This document shows positions 54,621 through 64,000 of a DNA stretch of 64,000 nucleotides, piece by piece. A program made the translations under genes and the position numbers. The stretch is from the NCBI RefSeq assembly GCF_018350175.1, contig NC_058383.1, positions 4,526,001 to 4,590,000 on the forward strand. The letters run 5' to 3'. The stretch's first letter is position 1. Every line of letters starts with the position of its first letter. This DNA comes from Felis catus (taxonomy: Eukaryota). The notes under the pieces were generated by a model. That model did no database searches. It saw nothing but the letters and a program-made list of their open reading frames with translations, and was not told the origin of the DNA.

Positions 54621-55662
54621 GTTCAGCAGGGCGTACCTAAAGGTGAAATTGCCGGGGCTTAGCATACACGCATTCATCTGTCCTGTGGCATGCCCAAATG
54701 TCACCCTACGGGGTTGCATTCATCTCCACTCTTCACCAGTAATGAGTGTTGCTGTGGTTTTACTGCTTTGCTCATCCTTGGAGTTGCCTGTGCCGCCTTG
54801 GTGGCTTGTAGTTCACGTTTCCTTGATCATTACTAAAGTTGAGCACCTTTCTGTGTCCTTCATTGCCCATTTGGATCTTCTCTTCTGGAAAAATACCTGT
54901 CCGTGTTTGGTTTTTTTTTTTTATTTTTTTTTTTAACGTTTATTTATTTTTGAGACAGAGAGAAACAGAGCATGAACAGGGGAGGGGCAGAGAGAGAGGG
55001 AGACACAGAATCTGAAACAGGCTCCAGGCTCTGAGCTGTCAGCACAGAGCCTGACGCGAGGCTCAAACCCACGGACTGCGAGATCATGACCTGAGCCGAA
55101 GTCGGACGCTCAACCGACCAAGCCACCCAGGCGCCCCCTGTCCGTGTTTTTGATAATTCTTTTTTCCATTGCATCATCTACTTTTTTTTCTTAGTCATTT
55201 CTAGGAATTCTTAGTTCTTCAGATGAGTCTTTGTAAATTATGAGTATGATAGGTCTCCCACGCTGTGGCCAGTTCATTCATTCTCTTTAGGGTGTCCTTA
55301 CTCTTGGTGCGATCTTACCAACCTATTCCTTCATAGTTAATGATTTTTGTGTTTTTCTTAGGAAATCACCTTCCTCATTCTGAAAATCACGAAGATATTC
55401 TGTATCTTCTCAAAGTGATATAGTTTTGTCTCTCACAACTAGGTCTTTGGGATTTTTGACCCCCTTTATTTTCATTTATCTTCTATTTTACCAGTTTATT
55501 CTCCAAACTTAGGATCATTGTCATGCTCATTTCTTTGGGTTTAGTTTGCTGTTCTTTTTCTGAAATTCTTAATATGGGAGTGTAAAAATATTAAACACAG
55601 AAAAAAAGCAGCTTATTTGCAGAAGAATAAATTCCCCAAATCAGAAGAAAATGGAATGACAT

Positions 55663-55721
55663 TTATATATATATACATATATATATACACACACATGTAC
55701 ATGTATATATATATATGTATA

Positions 55722-55768
<47 letters not shown>
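55663..55768. repeat. Compound (TA)/(CA)/(TG) microsatellite
   Basis: Directly visible; it abuts the end of the L1 fragment. Confidence 0.95.
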
Positions 55769-55769
55769 T

Positions 55770-57722
55770 TGGGTGCTTCCGAATTTGGTACATAAACATT
55801 TATAATTGTTAGCTCTTTCTGATGGATAGACCCTATAATTATTATATAATGCCCTTCATCATCTCTTGTTACAACCTTTCAACTCCAGTTTGCCTGATAT
55901 AAGTATGGCTACTCCAGCTTTCTTTTGACTTCTAGTAGCATGATAGATAGTTCTCCATCCTCTCACTTTGAATCTGTAGGTGTCCTCAGGTCTAAAGTGA
56001 GTCTCTTGTGGGGTGCCTGGGTGGATCAGTCGGTTAGGTGTCCGACTTTGGCTTGGGTCATGAACTCACGGCTCATGAGTTCGAGCCCCACGTCGGGCTC
56101 TGTGCTGACAGCTCAGAGCCTGGAGCCTGCTTTGGATTCTGTGTCTGTCTGTCTCTCTCTGATCCTCCCCCATCATGCTCTGTCTCTGTCTCTCTCTCTC
56201 TCAAGAATAAATAAACATTAAAAAATTTTTTTAAAAATAAAGTGAGTCTCTTGTAAATAGCAAATAGATGGGTCTTGTTTTTTTTTATCCATTCTGATAC
56301 CCTATGTCCTTTGATTGGAGCATTTAGTCCATTTATATTCAATGTTATTATTGAAAGATAGGGGTTTAGAGTCATTGTGTTATCTGTAGGTTTCATGCTT
56401 GTAGTGGTGTCTTGGGTAGTTTGTGGTTCTTGCAACATTTTACTCACAGAGTCCCCCTTAAGATCGCCTGTAGGGCTGGTTTAGTGGTGATGAATTCCTT
56501 CAGTTTTTCTTTGTTTGGGAAAACCTTTCTCTCTCCTTCTATTCTGAATGGCAGACTTTCTGGGTAGAAGATTCTTGGCTGCATATTTTTCATGTCCATC
56601 ACATTGAAGGTTTCCTGCCATTCCTTTCTGGCCTGCCAAGTTTCAGTAGATAGATCTGCCAGTACTCTTATGTGTCTACCTTTAGAGCCTGTTTACCCCT
56701 AGCTGCTTTCAGAATTCTCTCTTTATCCTTGTATTTTGCCAGTTTCACTAGGATATGTTGTGCAGAAAATCAATTCAAGTTACGTCTGAAGGGAGGTCTC
56801 TGTGCCTCTGGGATTTCAGTGCCTGTTGGCTTCCCCAGATTGAGGAAGTTCTCAGCTTCCCCAGATTGGGATTTGTTCAAGTACACCTTCTTTCCCTTTC
56901 TCTCTCTCTCTCTTCCTATGATACAGATCTTGTTCTGTTTGATTGAGTCACTTAGTTCTCTAATTCTCCCCTCATGATCCTGGATTTTTTTCTCTTTTTC
57001 TCAGCTTCCTCTATTTCCATAATTTTATCTTCTGATTCACCTATTCTCCCCTCTGCCTCTTCAATCCACACTGTGGCCGCCTCCATTTTATTTTACACCT
57101 CATTTATAGCATTTTTAAATTTATCATGACTATTTTTTAGTCCCTTGATCTCTGTAGTAATAGATTCTCTGCTGCCTTCTATGCTTTATTCAAGCCCAGT
57201 GATTAATTTTATGACTATTATTCTAAATTCTTGTTCACTTCTGTTGCTTAAATCTATTTTGGTCAATTCTTTAGCTGTCACTTCTTCCTGGAATTTCTTT
57301 TGAGGGGATTTGTCCCATATCGTCATTTGGGCTACTTTACTCTCCCTTATGAGTTTTAAAAGCTTGTTATGTGCTCTGCACCTGCGAGCACTGCTGTATT
57401 AAAGGGGGGTTATACACTGTCTAGTGCCTGGCTCTTCAGGAGGTGTTTTTTGGAGAGTGTTACTCGCTGTCTGTTGTTGTGACTTTGGTTATTTTATTTC
57501 CCTACTCGTAGTGATGTTGTGGACCCTCCACCAGGTGTGCTTTGATTTATTCCTTGAAGTAGCCCTATGGTTTCTCAGGTTGTCCCGGTTTCTTCCTGGT
57601 AGACTCAGTCTCTTTTCCTCCCAGACTCTTGGGGTTCAAAGTCCTTTGGCTTCAGGCATTCTTTGTTTGGGAGACTTGGGAAGTATGGATCCCCCTACTT
57701 CTCTGCCATGTTGGCCATCTTC
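55770..57722 (-). mobile_element. Carnivore L1 5' portion (5'UTR, degraded ORF1, ORF2 endonuclease start) with a nested SINE
   Basis: ORF2 N-terminus MTLNPYLSIITLNINGLNAPIKGHRVSEWIKK at 56375; ORF1-like sequence at about 56450-57330; aagatggc-type 5' start at about 57722. Confidence 0.88.
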
Positions 57723-58286
57723 GATCGGAATGACATTTTTTTAAGTGCTGATAGAAAAAAAAAAAAACCCTCTGTTGACCTGTAATTCTATATCCAGTGA
57801 AAATATCTTTCAAAAATGAAGATAAACTTCTGTTTCCAGTGAAGATAGTATAACAGAAACCAGATCTATCCTTCTATCTGAAACAAACAAACAAACAAAA
57901 TCTAATAAAAATATATGAAACAATTATTTGGGAGACATACTAAGCAGTGAACTGTCAGTCCTAAGGGGGAGGGAATAAATGAAGGAACCCTACAATTGCC
58001 CCAGCCTTGGGAGAGTTTTCAGGTTTAGGTACAAAGAGGATAACCCAGGTGAAGCCTGGAGGACTCCCTGATTTGGGGCCCGGACCCGAGAGCCCAGGGA
58101 GATCAAAGTAGTTAGAGGCTCTGAGGACAGAGTGCCGGAGAGTGCTAGGTATGATGTCACATATTTTCTAGCACTAGAAGGTAGATTATGAGATGTTAAA
58201 ATGGCTTCTGTGAATCTAAAGCAACCACTAAAATAATAAAGAGTTAGAGCCAATGAGCCAACAAAAGAGAAAGTGTAATTGCCTTA

Positions 58287-58666
58287 TGTGGGGCATTCCG
58301 AATGGGGGGCCAGCGGTGCAAGTGGGGGTAAGAATTCACCCAAGGCAGAACCAAGGAGATGGAAGTTTGTTGAATACACCGCAAAGAGCGGCAGGTGGGA
58401 CAGCAAAGGAGAGACTGTCTGCCAGGAGGTGGGGGGTGGGCTATAGTCAAGGGGGCAGTGAGGAGGGTTGGGAACAGATGGAATTTTCCTTTTTTGGTAC
58501 CTGTGCCCAGTTGTATGTAGCCCATTGGTCTAGGCCAGGGTCTATGGCTGTTTCGAGGTGGGTCCCCTAATGGACTGTTTGCATTCAGCCTGGTGGTCAC
58601 GGTGGGCCCTTTTGCCTTACTCAGGTTCCCATTGCTCTAGCGTGTTGCCTAAAAGCGGCCTCTACA
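58287..58666 (-). mobile_element. ERV-type solo LTR (probably carnivore-specific; family not determined)
   Basis: 380 bp with TG...CA termini. On the minus strand it shows a CCAAT, a TATA-like ctatagc, a degenerate poly(A) signal (caacaaa) and a U5-like ggtgaattctt. Confidence 0.65.
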
Positions 58667-59253
58667 CTGTGGACTGAATGCGTGTCCTCTCCCCCGTCCT
58701 ATGTTGAAGACTAACCCTGAATGTGATTGTATTAGTAGGCGAGGACTTTGGGAAGTCATGAGTAGAGCCCCCCTTAATGGAACTTGTGCCTTTTTTTTTT
58801 TTTAATTTTTTTTTTAACGTTTATTTATTTTTGGGACAGAGAGAGACAGAGCATGAACGGGGGAGGGGCAGAGAGAGGGGGAGACAGAATCGGAAACAGG
58901 CTCCAGGCTCCGAGCCATCAGCCCAGAGCCCGACGCGGGGCTCGAACTCACGGACCGCGAGATTGTGACCTGGCTGAAGTCGGATGCTTAACCGACTGCG
59001 CCACCCAGGCACCCCGGAACTTGTGCCTTCTAAAAGAGACCCCAGAGAGCTCCCTCCTGGCTTCCACCACGTGAGCACACAGTGAGAAGACCTGAGTCTA
59101 TAAACCTGGAGGGAGGTCCTCACCAGACACTGAATGTGCTGGCACCTTGATCTTGCACTTTGCAGCCTCCAGAACTGTGAGAAATAATTTTCTGTTGTTG
59201 ATGAGCCACCTGGTCCAAGGTATTCTGTTCTAGCAGCCCAGATGGACTAGGAC
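58667..59253 (+). mobile_element. MaLR LTR (MLT1A-like) containing a SINE
   Basis: Starts ctgtggactgaatg and contains the hallmark gctggcaccttgatcttgcacttt...cagaactgtgagaaataat. Confidence 0.85.
58793..59015 (-). mobile_element. Young SINEC_Fc-like element inserted in an MLT1A-like LTR
   Basis: TSD ggaacttgtgcctt at 58779-58792 and 59016-59029. Confidence 0.92.
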
Positions 59254-59814
59254 AGGAATCATAAAAAACATTCAAGTAATCCAGAAGAAGGCAGGGAAAT
59301 ATGAAAAGGAGAATAAAAACCAAATAGGACCAATTAAAAACAGTTAGATGAGAGATTTAGACCCAAACATATTAATGACCATATTAAACGTGAATGGCCT
59401 TTGCATTGGTTTTATATGATTACATAGAAGCAGGAGAATTCTATGGAAGAACAGGTACTAGGCTGTTTACATTCGTTATTTGGGAATACGGGGGTGGGCT
59501 CTATGTGTATTATTGGGTGTGTTAACCCAAATGTTTCTTGTGCTCTTCAAATACACTGAAAAACTTGAAAATCTACAATCAGAGCAGTTAGATGCCCCGG
59601 GCTCCAGCTCTATCCAGCATATCTGGGTAGCTCTTAGTGCTTATCAATTTCACTCCCATCCCTAGGAGATTAAATTTTGTCCTCTGGTGAAATGGAGAAA
59701 ATGAAATCCAACACTGTCAACCATCGAACTTGGCGAGGTGGGGCGAGGCTCCTGGTTAATATCCCGATCTGCTTCCACTTGTTTGGCGACACCTCTCCCG
59801 CTCTCTTACCTCCT

Positions 59815-60260
59815 ATGGCAGACACTGCTCATTATCTCCCAATATCTGTCTCTGCTTCTCAAGTCATAAATCCTTGTTTTTTAGCTGGGAATACTGCCCT
59901 CCCAGAATGAAGACTTCATTTCCCAGTCTTCCCTGTAGTTAGGGGTGGTCACTTGATGAGACTCGCCCAATGGGATGTGAGCAGAAGTGACTTGTGCCTC
60001 TTTCAGATTATGCTCTAAAAGAAAGGGCCTTCTCCGCACTGCCTTTCCCTCCTCACTCCTAGGTGAGAGACAGAATGTCATGTTGGCCATCTTGGGAGGG
60101 TAGAGTAGTAATTCAGAAGGAGCTCAGATTTCTGACTCCCTTGAGGCTGTCCAGATGAGTTTATGAACAGAAAAAATCATCTGTGGTTTTTTTTTAAGGC
60201 ACTGTTTTTTTTTCTTTTGGCATCTCTATTTATCACAGTTTTACCCACATCCTAAATAAT
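59815..60260 (+). mobile_element. Old MaLR LTR (MLT1I/J/K-like)
   Basis: Motifs catttcccagtcttccctgtagttagg and ccaatgggatgtgagcagaagtga. Confidence 0.7.
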
Positions 60261-60427
60261 GTAGCTGCATCCTTTTAGTTCTTCTTTTGTGATTAGCATT
60301 GGACTGCTCCTAAGTGGAATGCTCCCATTTATTTTAGTTTCCTTGTAATCTTGATATTAAAGGGTAACTGTAAGAGTTTTATTTTCTCTCTCAGAGAAGA
60401 AAAGAAAAAACCGAATTAATAAATCTA

Positions 60428-61110
60428 TTCGGGGTCTTTTCTGGTTCCATACAAATTTTAGGATTATTTGTTCTAGCTTTGTGAAGAATGCTGGTGTTAT
60501 TTTCATAGGGATTGCATTGAATACATGGATTGCTTTGGGTAGTATCGACATTGTAACAATATCTGTTCTTCCTATCCAGGAGCATGGAATCTTTTTCCAT
60601 TTTTTTGTGCCTTCTTCAATTTCTTTCATAAGCCCTCTATAGTTTTCAGTATATAGATTTTTCACCTATTTGGTTAGATATATCCCTAGATATTTTATGG
60701 GTTTTGGTGCAACTGTAAATGGGATCAATTCCTTGATTTCTCTTTCTGTTGCTTCATTGTTGGTGTACAGGAATGCGACCAATTTCTGTGCGTTGATTTT
60801 ATATCCTGCAACTTTGCTGAAGTCATGAATCAGTTCTAGCAGTTTTTTGATGGAATCTTTAGGGTTTCCCATATAGAGTATCATGTCCTCTGCAAAGAGT
60901 GAAAGTTTGACCTCCCCCTGGCCGATTTGGATGCCTTTTATTTCTTGGTGTTGTCTGATTGCAGAGGTTAAGACTTCCAATACTATGTTGAATGACAGTG
61001 GCGAGAGTGGACATCCCCTGTCTTGTTCTTGAACTTAGGGGGAAAGCTTTCAGTTTTTCCCCATTGAGGATGAGATTAGTGTTGGGTCGTTCATATATGG
61101 CTTTTATGAT
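60428..61110 (-). mobile_element. L1 ORF2 reverse-transcriptase fragment
   Basis: ORFs 60666-60980 and 60357-60665: [24 protein letters not shown] (FADD mutated to FAED), [10 protein letters not shown] and [12 protein letters not shown]. Confidence 0.95.
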
Positions 61111-62026
61111 GACATAATAAACAAATCTAAAGCTCTATGTTTGGGGGAAAAAAATAAGTGATTGCGGTAATCAATACAAAAAGAGATCAATTCCAGGGAA
61201 ACTCTCTAAAAATAGATCTGGAAATTAAAATTTTTTTAAATGTTTATTTATTTTTGACAGAGAGAGAGAACGCGAGAAGGCGTGTGCGAGCACACAAGTA
61301 GGGGAGGGACAGAGAGGGAGTTACAGAATCCAAAGCAGGCTCCAGGCTCTGAGCTGTCAGCACAGAGCCTGACGCGGGGCTCAGACTCAAGAACCATGAG
61401 ATCATGACCTGAGCCGAAGTCAGACACTCAACCGACTGAGTCACCCAGGCACCCCAGATCTGGAAATTTAAAGTAATTTAAAGTAATAGGCTTAATAAAA
61501 AAAAAAAAACTTAGTGAAAACTTGAAAATACTGAATTAAAGAACAATTTGGGGAAAAAATACATTACCAAGACCAGTTTAACAGGAAGAAAAGAACAAAA
61601 CAAAAGACATAAAACCCTAAAAGAATTATCCTATAAAAAGTTTCTACACTCAGAAGTTTCACGAATGAATCTTCCAAATGTTTTGAAGGGGATAATTTCT
61701 ACTGTTTGTAACTTTCTCTAGAACAAATGTTATATATAAAGTTATGTAGCTGAATCTGCAAAGGACTCAGATCCCTGATGTCCAAACATGACACAGGAAG
61801 TAGAAATAAAAGGAGAAGCAGCCTCATGTTATAAAACAATAGGATTACTTCCCCCCCCCCAAAAAAAAAAAGCATGAACTCGGGCACCTGGATGGCTCAG
61901 TTGATTAAGTGACCAACTTCGGCTTGGGGTTTGTGGGTTTCAGCCCTGCCTTGGCTCTGTGTTGACAGCTCAGAGCCTATTTTGGATCCTTTGTCTCCCT
62001 CTCTCTCTGCCCCTCCTCTGCTCACA

Positions 62027-62073
<47 letters not shown>

Positions 62074-63279
62074 CCTGTCTCCCTCTCTCCCTCAAAAATA
62101 AATAAACATTAAAGAAAAAAAAAGAGCATGTGGGGCACCTAGGTGGCTCAGTCGGTTAAGTGTCCGACTTCAGCTCAGGACAGCTTGGTGCCTGTAGCCT
62201 GCTTCAGATTCTGTGTCTCCCCCTCTCTCTGCCCTTCCCCTGCTCTGTCTCTGTCTCTCTCTGTCTCTCTCTCTCTCTCTTTCTCAAAAATAAATACACA
62301 TTAGGGGCACCTGGGTGGCTCAGTCGGTTAAGCGTCCGACTTCAGATCAGGTCATGATCTCACGGTTTGTGAGTTCGAGCCCCGCATCGGGCTCTGTGCT
62401 GACAGCTCAGAGCCCGGAGCCTGCTTCAGATTCTGTGTCTCTGTCTCTCTCTGCACTTCCCCCACTCGTGCTCTGTCTCTATCAAAAATAAAAAAATTGT
62501 GAAAAAAAATTTTTTAATAAGTAAACATTAAAAAAAGCATGAACTGAGTCTAATAATATATTCTAAAAGTTCTTATAGGCTCCATCCAAAGATGCAAAAT
62601 GGATTCATTGATATGAAACTTACTATTTAAATATATTGATAGTTAAAATGATCATTTTAGTAGACTTTTTTTTTTTAAAAATCACATGATAAGGCTGCCC
62701 CTAGCCCCTCTCTCATACACAATACATGATGGCATAAAGAATATCTATTTAGACCAATATCCTACTTGGTTGTTCAAACTCTGCCAGTAATTCCAGAAAC
62801 AGTATAGAATAAGTACAATTTATTGGCACTGTTTAGTAGCATGGGTGATCCCAAAGAACTAAATTTTAATAAATCCAGCGGTATAAATGCTATGAGCAAA
62901 GAAAAAGCATAATTTTAAACTTTAAATTTCTTTTACCTTCCCTTAATTTGTGAATTTTGAATAATACATTTATAATGGCAAATGATGAGGGGAAAACCAC
63001 ACAAAAGAGTAGGTAGCCAGAATGAACCGAATCTAGGGGCACCTGGGTGGCTCAGTCGGTTAAGCGTCCGACTTCAGCTCAGGTCATGATCTCTCAGTTG
63101 GTGGGTTCGAGCCCTGCTTTGGGGCTCTGTGCTGATGGCTGAGCCTGGAGCCTGCTTCAGATTCTGTGTCTCCCTCTTTCTCTGCCCCTGCCCGCTCACA
63201 TTCTGTCTGTCTCTCTCCAAAATAAACATTAAAAAAGAATGAACAGAACCTACAGAAAAATATTGACAATTATATCTCT

Positions 63280-64000
63280 GAAAATAAACACCGACAAACA
63301 GGCCAAGTTTATTTTTTCAGAGCTTGCTGTCTCAAAGCACTCAGTCGTGGGGCGCCTGGGTGGCTCGGTCGGTTAAGCGTCCGACTTCGGCTCAGGTCAT
63401 GATCTCAGGGTCGTGAGTTTGAGCCCGACATCGGGCTCTGTGCTGACCGCTCAGAGCCTGGAGCCTGTTTCAGATTCTGTGTCTCCCTCTCTCTCTGCCC
63501 CTCCCCTGTTCATGCTCTGTCTCTCTCTGTCTCAAAAATAAATAAATGTTAAAAAAAAACAAATTAAAAAAAAAAAAGCAGTCGCTGTTAACTTGAGTTT
63601 TGGCAGAGACTCAAAGGCAGGCAGGGCAACGGGGAAGTTTTACTATGGGGAGAAAAGGGAAGGTTTCCAAATGCCCTCATTGGCGGCTGATGGCAGGACG
63701 AAGCTGGAAGCAAGCTAGCTTGGGAGTGGGGCATCCCATGTGATGGGTTAGCGGGTGTATATTCAATGTTTTCTCTGGTTACTCCTGAGTTAGAAGTGAG
63801 GACAAACATTAAGAAAGCTGCCAGTCATTGACGAAGTCCTGGCCATTTGGGACTGTGACAGAAGTTATTGTTCAGCTGCCTGGATTGTTACTAAAGATAG
63901 CAATCTGGCTTTCTGCGCTGTTTATTGTAGACAGGGGAGTTGGTTTCTGCGCAGGTGGCAGTGGTGATAGGTCAGCGTCCTATCTCGGTACATGGTCTGG
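63280..64000 (-). mobile_element. Probable ERVL-class LTR (MER54/MER74-like) interrupted by a SINE; runs off the window edge
   Basis: General resemblance to antisense ERVL LTRs (gtttatt poly(A) signal near 63308, cattgg CCAAT boxes). The family assignment is from memory. Confidence 0.45.

Noticed and set aside
40150..64000. Olfactory receptor or KRAB zinc-finger genes that might be expected nearby from recalled synteny
   Set aside because: No MAYDRYVAIC, PMLNP or HTGEKPY-type motifs were seen in the ORF track or by eye.

Overview
Felid (cat-like) genomic DNA, identified by dense carnivore tRNA-derived SINEs including young SINEC_Fc-type copies. The left part holds the 5' end of RNF216 (TRIAD3, an RBR E3 ligase) on the minus strand: a CpG-island promoter and non-coding exon 1 (about 18132-18290), a 12.8-kb intron, and exon 2 (5192-5323), which contains the start codon ([22 protein letters not shown]) and two upstream ORFs. 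Most of the rest is repeat-derived: SINEs, L1, L2/MIR, MaLR/ERV LTRs and hAT elements. The main unexpected signal is on the + strand, head-to-head with RNF216, at about 22460-40110. About ten non-repetitive islands there translate, with stops and frameshifts, into motifs that match the exocyst Sec6 family (EXOC3/EXOC3L1/L2/L4/TNFAIP2) in correct N-to-C order. This looks like a decayed, interrupted EXOC3-family paralog. The matches were made by eye against human sequences recalled from memory and need HMM/tblastn confirmation.
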